A stretch of DNA of 64,000 bases from an uncultured Omnitrophica bacterium (GTDB lineage Bacteria; Omnitrophota; Gorgyraeia; JACQQV01): NCBI GenBank assembly GCA_947085655.1, contig CAMTXH010000009.1, forward strand, positions 3,738-67,737, in the 5' to 3' direction. Shown here piece after piece: positions 19,625-28,030 of this stretch. Below the pieces are notes generated by a model. That model made no database searches. It was not told where the DNA came from and saw only the letters and a list, made by a program, of their open reading frames with translations. The stretch's first letter is position 1, and each line of letters begins with the position of its first letter. The translations under genes were made by a program, and so were the position numbers.

Positions 19625-20331
19625 ACGCCGTTTCACGTTTATGGAAATGCTATCGGGATTACGGTCCGGCCGAAACCTTCTGGCGGCTTTTGCACCGTTT
19701 CCGGATTATTTCGATCAATCACTCGCTTGATCTTTTCTTGAGGGAGTTTAAACGGCTGCCGGGGGAGGGGCGGAACGGGATTCCGCGGACTGTGGATGTC
19801 GGAGGGCTTCAGGTGTTGTTGCGGGAGATCAGTCTTGGGGAGGTTGAAACGTTGAAAGTTGCGGACGGCCTTCGCTATACGGAAAGGGAATCAGTGCAAA
19901 AAGCCCTTCAGAGACTTATGAAGGAGGGAGGACGATTTTTCGCGGCATTCGCGGATGATCGGGTCGTGGCGCTGAACGGCATCCACCGCTCTTTTGCCAA
20001 TCTTTCCTTTATTCAGAAGCCGTTGGTCCGGCTGCCGGAAGGGGTAGTTTACTTCAATGCGGCCCTGACAGCACCGGACTACCGGAATCGAGGAATCGGA
20101 ACGGCTCTCCGCCGCCACGTCTTCAGTGTCATGCAGCGGAGCGGCTACCACGGTGTGACGCTCGCCGTTTTCATCGAAAACAAGGGAGCGATCCGGTGGC
20201 AGGAGGCGAACGGTTTCAAGCGGTGGGGAAGGATCCGGTATATCAAGGGGTTTGGACGCGAATTTTGGCGAACCCGGTTGACCGAAATGGGACATCGGTA
20301 TCCGAATCTTCTGGCGGGAGGGACTTCATGA
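19621..20331 (+). CDS. GNAT-family acyltransferase, copy 2
   Basis: Start ATG 19621 overlapping upstream TGA (ATGA); DYRNRGIGTALRR motif; same N-terminal MNA...WKCY...ETF...LLHR pattern as copy 1. Confidence 0.7.
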   Translation: MNAVSRLWKCYRDYGPAETFWRLLHRFRIISINHSLDLFLREFKRLPGEGRNGIPRTVDVGGLQVLLREISLGEVETLKVADGLRYTERESVQKALQRLMKEGGRFFAAFADDRVVALNGIHRSFANLSFIQKPLVRLPEGVVYFNAALTAPDYRNRGIGTALRRHVFSVMQRSGYHGVTLAVFIENKGAIRWQEANGFKRWGRIRYIKGFGREFWRTRLTEMGHRYPNLLAGGTS

Positions 20332-21062
20332 GCATTCGGAGTTTTGCCATGACCTATCCCCAACTGATGAATCAGGCGATGGCGCAGGGATTGAGTAAAG
20401 GCGACATCCAACGTCTCCGGACTGCTTATGATGTGGCGGAGGAATGGTTTAACAGTTTTTACAGGGGACAGGGCGTGCCATTTATTTGCCATGTGGTCCG
20501 GACGGCAAGCATTGTCCTTTCGGAGCGTCAGCCGGTGGAAGTAGTGATGGCTGCGATGCTCCATGCGGTTTATATGCGGGGTCTTTTTTCCGGATACCAC
20601 CGGAATCAGCCGGTTGAGAAACTCCGGAGCGAGATCCGGAAAGCGGTCGGCGAAGAAGTGGAGGCACTGATCTGGGCCTACGAAACATTTCCCTGGTATT
20701 CGCAACCTGCGCTCGACTGTCATTTGAAAGAAATGGAGACGTACGACCCGATGAAACGGCGTGTTCTTGTAATGCGGGTGGCGAATGAACTCGAAGATTA
20801 CCTGGATCTGGGGATGGTATATCGCAAAGGAGACGGTTTCCGGAAACGGATTGAGCTCTATCGCGGGCGGTTTACGGAGATTGCACGACGGCTCGGCCTT
20901 TCCCGGATTGCAGAAGAACTGAATGAGGCCTATGAGACTCACCTGGTTGCCTGCTTGCCGGAGGAGACTACCCGGGAACATGCCAATGCCTACTGGCGCC
21001 AAGATCGCACCAACAGGTTCAAGGCACTTTTCGAGAAAGCGGTCTCTCTGGTGAAAAGATGA
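20328..21062 (+). CDS. HD-domain-like protein (RelA/SpoT-type hydrolase fold) with degenerate HD dyad
   Basis: ATG 20328 overlaps upstream stop; FICHVVRTASIV...VVMAAMLHAVY resembles the H...HD helix of (p)ppGpp-hydrolase HD domains but reads HA instead of HD. Confidence 0.4.
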   Translation: MSIRSFAMTYPQLMNQAMAQGLSKGDIQRLRTAYDVAEEWFNSFYRGQGVPFICHVVRTASIVLSERQPVEVVMAAMLHAVYMRGLFSGYHRNQPVEKLRSEIRKAVGEEVEALIWAYETFPWYSQPALDCHLKEMETYDPMKRRVLVMRVANELEDYLDLGMVYRKGDGFRKRIELYRGRFTEIARRLGLSRIAEELNEAYETHLVACLPEETTREHANAYWRQDRTNRFKALFEKAVSLVKR

Positions 21063-21787
21063 AACTTTCCATAGATTCAGACATCGTCTTTCAGGAACTC
21101 GATTTCCTGAAGGAGGATAAAGAGCTCCTTTCCGCGGCCAAGGCCTGCTTGGATGCGCATAAGACATGGGAAGAGAAACTATTGAAGACAACCTTCAGGC
21201 CGAATCCCCGCGCAGCGGAGGAGGTTTCTGAAGAGGCGCTTCAGGCGATTCTCCGGAAAGGAAAAAAGGTAAACGGCATCTTGACCGACCGATACATTAC
21301 AAACTGCGTTATTTTTGACCTTCCGGGGGTGAAGGATATGGTCAAGGAGGAGGAGATTTCGGAACTGAGGCAGAAACTGGATCGGATTGTCACCCTCCGG
21401 GTCCGGGGACTGTTCGGAATGCCGGAGGGGCTCTGGGTTTACAAAAGCGGCCATTTTCTCTATCCGCCGGGCGGTTTCATGAGTTGGCACACCAATGCCA
21501 ACGGCTACGGCTGGCGGCTTTATATCAACTATGTAGAGGAACCGGGCAAATCCTTTTTCAGATACCGGGATCCGGACACAGGGAAAATCATGACCTTATG
21601 GGATAAGGAATGGAATTTCAGAGTCTTTAAGATCGACCCCAAAAGACTATTCTGGCATGCGGTTTATTCAGAGACAAACCGGTACAGTTTCGGATTCCGG
21701 ATCCATCCGGAACCGAAACTCACCCTTCCGCAGCGTGTGGCAAGAAAGGCCAAAACGCTTCTTGAGAAGGCGGGCGTGACCTCATGA
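21059..21787 (+). CDS. hypothetical protein (possible cupin/dioxygenase-like fold)
   Basis: 242 aa; ATGA overlap both ends; His-containing beta-rich segment WHTNANGYGWRLYINY...LFWHAVY; no firm family assignment. Confidence 0.45.
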   Translation: MKLSIDSDIVFQELDFLKEDKELLSAAKACLDAHKTWEEKLLKTTFRPNPRAAEEVSEEALQAILRKGKKVNGILTDRYITNCVIFDLPGVKDMVKEEEISELRQKLDRIVTLRVRGLFGMPEGLWVYKSGHFLYPPGGFMSWHTNANGYGWRLYINYVEEPGKSFFRYRDPDTGKIMTLWDKEWNFRVFKIDPKRLFWHAVYSETNRYSFGFRIHPEPKLTLPQRVARKAKTLLEKAGVTS

Positions 21788-22758
21788 GCAACGATCCAAA
21801 AATCAGCGTCGTGGTTCCGACCTATAACCGTTCGGAAAGTCTCCGGGATACCCTGGAGGGGCTCAAGATTCAATCGCTTGATGGGGTAGGTCCGGATTTT
21901 GAAGTGATTGTGGTGGATAACCATTCGACCGACCGGACAAGGGAGGTTGTGGAGGAGATCCGAAAAGATTTTGGAAAGCCGCTTCATTATGTTTTTGAGG
22001 GAAGACAGGGAGTCGCATACGCGAGGAATGCAGGGGTTCGGAAAGCCAAGGGAGAAATCATCGCCTTTTCCGATGATGATGTTATCCCGGATCCAAATTG
22101 GCTCCAGTCACTCTGGGGTTGTTTCCTTGAAGAAAGAGCAGACCTTGTGGGAGGAAAGATTGAATTACTTTGGCTTTCGGAGCAACCCTCTTGGCTTTCA
22201 GACCGGTTGATGGTGCCTTTGATCGCGATCGATCATGGCCCAAAGCGCTTTCAGGTTCAAGCCAATGGCATCCGGTTTGTAACGGCAAACCTTGCCTGCC
22301 GCCGTTCACTTTTTAACCGTCTGGGTCCGTTTCGCGAAGATCTGGGCCGTCGGGGCAAAACGTTGATCGGCGGAGAGGACTTTGAGTGGTTTGACCGTGT
22401 CATGAAAGCCGGGAGTCGGATCTTTTACGAACCGGAAGCAAAGGTCCTTCATAAAGTTTGGGGAGAGAAAGTGGCGGAAGATTACATTTTGCGATGGTTC
22501 CTGAATATCGGAAGGACCCACGGCCACATGATGGACTGGAAATGGCACCATGCGATGACGCTTTTGCCGGTCTGGTGCTGGAAAGAGACACTCAACGCCT
22601 TCTTTCGTCAATGGGTCGCGGGGCCTTTTTTGAAAGATAAAACAAAGGCCCTTGAGGCGAAGACGCAGGAACTTTTTTATCGGGGACTTGTGGAAGAGCG
22701 CGGATCGCATTGGTTCAGCCGGCTTTTCCGAAAACCGGTCTCCTGCCATTTTATTTAA
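21784..22758 (+). CDS. GT2 family glycosyltransferase
   Basis: ISVVVPTYNRSESL...VIVVDNHSTD...FSDDDVIPDPNWL: classic GT-A/GT2 motifs. Confidence 0.8.
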   Translation: MSNDPKISVVVPTYNRSESLRDTLEGLKIQSLDGVGPDFEVIVVDNHSTDRTREVVEEIRKDFGKPLHYVFEGRQGVAYARNAGVRKAKGEIIAFSDDDVIPDPNWLQSLWGCFLEERADLVGGKIELLWLSEQPSWLSDRLMVPLIAIDHGPKRFQVQANGIRFVTANLACRRSLFNRLGPFREDLGRRGKTLIGGEDFEWFDRVMKAGSRIFYEPEAKVLHKVWGEKVAEDYILRWFLNIGRTHGHMMDWKWHHAMTLLPVWCWKETLNAFFRQWVAGPFLKDKTKALEAKTQELFYRGLVEERGSHWFSRLFRKPVSCHFI

Positions 22759-22779
22759 GGGGATCAGAAAGGAGACAAG

Positions 22780-23754
22780 ATGCAACAGCCAGAAAAACCG
22801 AAGGTGACGGTGGTGGTGGTCCCGCGGGAGAGTTTCAACTTGTTCCCGGAGGTGATCGAGCGGATTTATCGGGTGACCCCGCCCATTTTCAAGATGCTTG
22901 TGATGGAGGGGCATGCTCCCGAAAGGGTTCGGATGCAACTCCGCCGGATTCAGGAGACCCGGCCCAACTGCCGGGTGATCTGGTCCGACCGGTGGCTCTA
23001 TCCGCATGAAGCGGTGAATCAGGCGATCCCATTGGTGGATACGGAATATGTCGTTTTCATCGATAACGATGTGGAGGCCGCGGAGGGGTGGCTTGAGGCG
23101 CTCGTGGCTTGTGCCGAGGAAGAAAAGGTCGGATGCGTCCATCCGATCTATCTTACCGAGAGACTTTCGAGCCCTATTCAGAAGATTCATGTGGCGGAAG
23201 GAAAACTTGTTAGGAAGAAAATGAACGGCAAGTGGTTCATTGACACCACCATGCCTTATTCCGGGAAGTCCCTTTCCGAATATCCGGACCGGCAGAGGAA
23301 ACCGAGCGACTTTTTCGAATGGCACTGCGTTCTTTTCCGGAAGAGTCTTTTAGAGAAAGTCGGACCGCTGGATGACTTGAACATTGCCGAGCACCTTGAT
23401 TACGTATTCAGGATTCAACGGGCGGAAGATCGTGTGATGCTCGAACCAAAGGCGGTCGTTGCCTATGACTATGAGCGGATCTGGAAGTTACGGGGAGCGG
23501 ACAGAAGCTATATGTTGTACCGATGGGACGTCGAGAAGGCAGCCCGGTCGCTTGAGCGACTCCGGGAGAAATGGGACCTGGCTCCGGAATCAACAGCCCG
23601 GCGGCTTTATTGGGTGAGGGAACATACGGCAAGGGTCCGGAACACGTATCTTATCCCCCGGCTCATCAACCGGCTCCGCCGCCAGGTGGGACTTCAGCCG
23701 ATGTCCCTTTTGAAGGATCCGAGACCGAGGGCGCTCACAGGAACAATGAAATGA
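22780..23754 (+). CDS. GT2-like (GT-A fold) glycosyltransferase
   Basis: SD AAAGGAG; VTVVVVPRESFN...VVFIDNDVEAAEGWL with DXD-like DND; more divergent than neighbouring GT2 genes. Confidence 0.6.
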   Translation: MQQPEKPKVTVVVVPRESFNLFPEVIERIYRVTPPIFKMLVMEGHAPERVRMQLRRIQETRPNCRVIWSDRWLYPHEAVNQAIPLVDTEYVVFIDNDVEAAEGWLEALVACAEEEKVGCVHPIYLTERLSSPIQKIHVAEGKLVRKKMNGKWFIDTTMPYSGKSLSEYPDRQRKPSDFFEWHCVLFRKSLLEKVGPLDDLNIAEHLDYVFRIQRAEDRVMLEPKAVVAYDYERIWKLRGADRSYMLYRWDVEKAARSLERLREKWDLAPESTARRLYWVREHTARVRNTYLIPRLINRLRRQVGLQPMSLLKDPRPRALTGTMK

Positions 23755-24713
23755 ACCCACCGACGGTCAGTGTGATTATTCCGACCTATAACCGCGCGCA
23801 CTTAATCCGGGAAGCGCTGGAGAGTGTCTTTTCCCAGACCTACCGTGATTATGAAGTGATCGTGGTGGATGACGGATCCACCGATAACACGCGGGAGATC
23901 CTCGCTTCTTATCGGGACCGGATCCACATCGTCTGGCAGGAGAATCAGGGCATTTCCGCGGCCCGGAACCGGGGTATTCTCCTCGCCAGGGGAAAGTATC
24001 TTGCATTTCTTGATTCGGACGACCGGTGGCTTCCGGAAAAACTCGAAAGACAGGTTTCCTATTTGGATCAAAATTCCTACATGGGATTGGTCTCTAGCCA
24101 TCTTTGGCGTTATGAAATCGGAAAGGAAAAGGAGCGGGAGCGGGTTCCGCGAAGCATCGGACGGAGCTTCGGGGAACTGGTGACCGGCCCGAATTTCATC
24201 GATACCTCCACTGTGGTCATTCGGAAACGGTGCATCGAGGTCGTCGGCAACTTTGACGAGTCGATGCCGGCGGCGGAAGATTGGGAACTTTGGGTCCGGA
24301 TCGCGAAGCGCTTCGGGATCCACTGCATGGAAGATATCTTGGCGGAACATCGGTGGCATCCGGCAAACACCACCAAAGACATGACCAAGGTCTATGAGGG
24401 GTATTGGAAATTTTACAAAAAGGTCCTCCGGCTTCACCGAACACTTCTCCCGAATATCCGTTATTTTAAAGACCGGAAGGCCTTCTTTCAGTACCTCCTC
24501 GGCACAACCTATTTGAAGCAGAAAAAGATGCACAAGGCCCTTTACCACATTGCCGGCGCATTGAAGGGAGAATGGTCCATCGGGATCTCCTTTGATCAGA
24601 GACATTCCCTCGGGTCGCGGATTCAATATTTTCTGAAACCATATGCCGCGTTCACGGTCAGTATTTTCGGGGCGATGGTGTCCATTGTGATTCCGGCCTG
24701 GAGGTCCCAATGA
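23751..24713 (+). CDS. GT2 family glycosyltransferase
   Basis: Start ATG 23751 (ATGA overlap; ORF-track start 23571 is an upstream extension); VSVIIPTYNRAHLI...VIVVDDGSTDNT...FLDSDDRWLPEKLE. Confidence 0.8.
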   Translation: MNPPTVSVIIPTYNRAHLIREALESVFSQTYRDYEVIVVDDGSTDNTREILASYRDRIHIVWQENQGISAARNRGILLARGKYLAFLDSDDRWLPEKLERQVSYLDQNSYMGLVSSHLWRYEIGKEKERERVPRSIGRSFGELVTGPNFIDTSTVVIRKRCIEVVGNFDESMPAAEDWELWVRIAKRFGIHCMEDILAEHRWHPANTTKDMTKVYEGYWKFYKKVLRLHRTLLPNIRYFKDRKAFFQYLLGTTYLKQKKMHKALYHIAGALKGEWSIGISFDQRHSLGSRIQYFLKPYAAFTVSIFGAMVSIVIPAWRSQ

Positions 24714-27700
24714 ACCGGGAAATCCGTCTCCTCATGATTGTTTCGGGCGACACAAAATTTTTGGAGCCGATGCTTCCGACGAACGCGTGGCTGCAAAAGC
24801 GGCACATCGCCTATGGCCATCGGATCGGCCGCCTTTCGATTCTGGTCAAGACGACCGGAGAAAAGTGGCCCATCCGGAATCTCTCGGAGAAGGTCACCGT
24901 TTATCCGACCAATTCAGCCAATTCCCTTTCGGCGGTCTGGGATCTTTATCGGGAGGGAATCAGGATTGCGAGAAAGGAGCAGCTGAATCTGATTGTAACC
25001 GGCGATATCTTTGGATGCGCCTGGGTGGCGTATGCCCTGAAACGGCGTCTCGGGATTCCGCTTGCTCTTCAGATGCTCGGCGATTTTGTTGATAATCCGT
25101 ACTGGGTGAAGGAGCGGTTGCGATTCCGCCTTTTGAACATCGTCGCCAAATGGCTCATCAAAAGGACGGATGCGGTCAGGGTGCATGGGGAAAGGGTGCG
25201 GGAAAAACTGATTCGACGGTTCGGATTTCCGCCGGAGAAGGTGCGCGCCATTCCGATTCCGATCCAGCGCGAGTCCTTTTTGAAAGTCTCCGAAAAGGAG
25301 GCGGCCGGAAAGACGGTTCTTTGGATCGGCCGGATGGTCCCTCAAAAAGACCTCTCCACTTTTCTACGGACCGCCACGCGGGTTCTTGCCCGTCATCCCG
25401 AGGCCCGGTTCCGGCTGATCGGGGAGGGGTTTGAAGCGGCGGCAGCCAAAGCACTAGCCAAAATCCTGAGAATTGATTCATCGATCGAGTGGGTCGGAAC
25501 CGTGCCATACGAGCAGATTCCGGACTATTTGGCTCAATGCGATCTTCTTGTCCTCAGTTCCCGCTTTGAAGATGCCCCGAGGGTTCTGGTGGAGGCCTCG
25601 CTTGCAGGACGGCCGGTGGTGACGACGGGAGTCGGGGGTGCGGATGAAGTGGTCCAGGACGGAAAGACCGGATTCATCATTCCAGTCGGAGACGATAAGG
25701 CACTTGCTGAGAAAATTTCTCTTCTTTTTTCGGAGCCGGAGCGCGCAAAGGCGCTCGGCCGCACCGGACGGGAATTTGCGAAGACTCTGTGGCATTTCGA
25801 TACGATTTTGGAGGAGTTGACGCATTGGTGGCAGCAGGCCATCAACCGTTCCGGCGGAGACTCGCGGCAACCGGTTGTTCTTGTGGCCGAATCGGGAAGC
25901 GGATTCGGAGGGACTGCCAAGTATCTCTATACCCTTTTGTCCAACGGGAGACAGCAGCCGGGACACCTTCAGATCCTGACTTACCGTAGCGGACCTTTCT
26001 TAAAGAGGGTGGAGGAGTTGGGGTATCGTCTCTTTCGCGCACCGGTCTTACGCTTCCCCTGGTTTGAAAATTTCCTAAAGCCGACGAAAAAAATGAATTC
26101 TCTTCGGTATGGATTCGGTGCTCTTGTCATGGTGATCCAACTTCTTCTTTTGGTTCCCGGAACGGCGCTCTGGCTTTTCTGGAAGCGGGTCCGGCTGGTC
26201 CATTTAAACAATGAAATCCATTCACACCTTGTGCTTCTTTTGGCCGCGCGAGTTGCCGGATGCCGGGTGCTCTGCCACCTCCATGGATGGCGCCCCTGGA
26301 CCCGGCTTGAAAAGATGGCGGCCCGGTTTGTTCATCTTTATATCGGAATTACGCATCGGGGGACTCATTTTTATCGGGACATCTGCCCGAAGGGGCGGTT
26401 TGTCACGGTGGCGAACGGCGTCGCCTTCGAACAGGAAAATGGTTCCGAGAAGCGACAGACTATCCGGAGGGAGTTCGGCCTCGGAGAAAACGACATCTGT
26501 TTGGGGATGCTCGGACGGATGATTCCTGAAAAGGGACAGGAAATTTTCCTGGAGACGTTTCAAAGGATTGCTCAAAAAGGCCTGCCGGTTCATGCGTTTC
26601 TGGTCGGCGGAGCGGAAGGGGACGGCTCTTTCCTTGACCAACTTCACCGCAAGATCGAGGGTTTGGGCATCAAGAAGAAGGTGCACTTTGCAGGGTTTCA
26701 AAAAGAGACGGCGCCTTATCTTGAGGCGATGGATATTGTGGTCAGCCCTTCCTTAATACCGGAATCGTTTGGGCTCGGAATTGCAGAGGCGATGGCGGCG
26801 GGGAAGCCGGTAGTGGCCCATGCGACCGGTGCGGTTCCGGAATTGGTGCAGGACCGGATCACGGGACTTCTTGTTTCTCCCGATCAGCCGGGACGGCTTG
26901 AAGCCGCCATTCTTGAACTGATTCGGGACCGGCTGTTTGCCGAGGAAATGGGGGAACGGGGAAGAGAGTATGTATTGCAGCATTTTGACATCCGCCAAAA
27001 CGTCCGGAAGATCCATCGGATTTATAAGGTCCTATTGAACGAGTCCAGATTTCTTCAACCCTCCGTTTTAACCACCTATCCGATTCCGCAAAGCCCCCTC
27101 TGGAAGAGCCGGACGGTGCTGGCAGCGCCTCGTCAGAGAAAACGCCTTTTCCTCGGCCGTCTGGGCATTCGGGATCTTTCCCTTGTTTTCCGTCTTTTCC
27201 GGATGCGTCGCCATTTTGATTTGATCCTGACCGGTGCCGAACGGGAGGATTGTCTCTTTGCCCTGCTCCAGTCCGTTCTTCCCGGAAAGAAAATTCCCCA
27301 TATCATGGTGGAGTGTCTTTGGAAGCATGAATCGAATTCCCCGAAGCGCTTTTTTAAACGGATGCTCCTTCACAGCGTCAACCGTTCGGTGGATCGGTTT
27401 GTTGTCTGGTCCTCCGAGGAAAAGGAAAGCCACCCGGCTTACTTCGGCCTTCCGCGCAAGAAATTCGTCTTCGTGCCGCATCATGTCACGCTGGGAGGGT
27501 ATGATATCACGCCCAAAAACGGTGACTACATTTTCTCCGGAGGGGATTCCTCCAGGGACTATCGCACCCTTCTTGAGGCGGTCGAACCTCTTTCGGTCCA
27601 GACGGTGATCGTGGCTCGTCAAGCGGCTTCCTGGAACGGAAAACCGCTTCCGTCCCATGTGACGGCGAAGGCGACCGATCCGGTTGAATTCCGGAGACTG

Positions 27701-28030
27701 ATGGCCGGTTCCCGAATGGTGGTGCTTCCCTTTCCCGGCGGGATGCTTCAGAGCGCCGGTCAGCAAACTTACCTGAATGCGATGAGTCTGAGAAAACCGG
27801 TGATTGTGAGCCACGTTCCCGGCGTCCTTGACTATATCATCCCGGATGTGACCGGCATTGTGGTTCCGCCGGAGGATCCGGAAGCGCTCCGGAAGGCCAT
27901 CCTCCGTGTTTTAAAAGGGGGTCCTGAGATTGAGAAGATGGTGGAGGCGGCCCACCGGCGCGTTGAGGCGGAATTTTCGCTGGGGCATTTTGTGGAAAGA
28001 CTCCTGGCATTGACGGAGGAACTTCGATGA
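24710..28030 (+). CDS. triple-module GT-B glycosyltransferase (GT4 + GT4 + third GT-B-like domain), 1106 aa
   Basis: Three successive Rossmann-pair modules, each ending in a GT4-like E-x7-E/G-x-PVV region (SRFEDAPRVLVEASLAGRPVVTT; ESFGLGIAEAMAAGKPVVAH; GMLQSAGQQTYLNAMSLRKPVIVSH). Confidence 0.75.
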   Translation: MNREIRLLMIVSGDTKFLEPMLPTNAWLQKRHIAYGHRIGRLSILVKTTGEKWPIRNLSEKVTVYPTNSANSLSAVWDLYREGIRIARKEQLNLIVTGDIFGCAWVAYALKRRLGIPLALQMLGDFVDNPYWVKERLRFRLLNIVAKWLIKRTDAVRVHGERVREKLIRRFGFPPEKVRAIPIPIQRESFLKVSEKEAAGKTVLWIGRMVPQKDLSTFLRTATRVLARHPEARFRLIGEGFEAAAAKALAKILRIDSSIEWVGTVPYEQIPDYLAQCDLLVLSSRFEDAPRVLVEASLAGRPVVTTGVGGADEVVQDGKTGFIIPVGDDKALAEKISLLFSEPERAKALGRTGREFAKTLWHFDTILEELTHWWQQAINRSGGDSRQPVVLVAESGSGFGGTAKYLYTLLSNGRQQPGHLQILTYRSGPFLKRVEELGYRLFRAPVLRFPWFENFLKPTKKMNSLRYGFGALVMVIQLLLLVPGTALWLFWKRVRLVHLNNEIHSHLVLLLAARVAGCRVLCHLHGWRPWTRLEKMAARFVHLYIGITHRGTHFYRDICPKGRFVTVANGVAFEQENGSEKRQTIRREFGLGENDICLGMLGRMIPEKGQEIFLETFQRIAQKGLPVHAFLVGGAEGDGSFLDQLHRKIEGLGIKKKVHFAGFQKETAPYLEAMDIVVSPSLIPESFGLGIAEAMAAGKPVVAHATGAVPELVQDRITGLLVSPDQPGRLEAAILELIRDRLFAEEMGERGREYVLQHFDIRQNVRKIHRIYKVLLNESRFLQPSVLTTYPIPQSPLWKSRTVLAAPRQRKRLFLGRLGIRDLSLVFRLFRMRRHFDLILTGAEREDCLFALLQSVLPGKKIPHIMVECLWKHESNSPKRFFKRMLLHSVNRSVDRFVVWSSEEKESHPAYFGLPRKKFVFVPHHVTLGGYDITPKNGDYIFSGGDSSRDYRTLLEAVEPLSVQTVIVARQAASWNGKPLPSHVTAKATDPVEFRRLMAGSRMVVLPFPGGMLQSAGQQTYLNAMSLRKPVIVSHVPGVLDYIIPDVTGIVVPPEDPEALRKAILRVLKGGPEIEKMVEAAHRRVEAEFSLGHFVERLLALTEELR

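Noticed and set aside
23571-23750. N-terminal extension of the GT2 ORF starting at 23571
   Set aside because: Pro/Gly-rich translation overlapping the preceding gene; the conserved GT2 N-terminus begins at ATG 23751 with an ATGA overlap.
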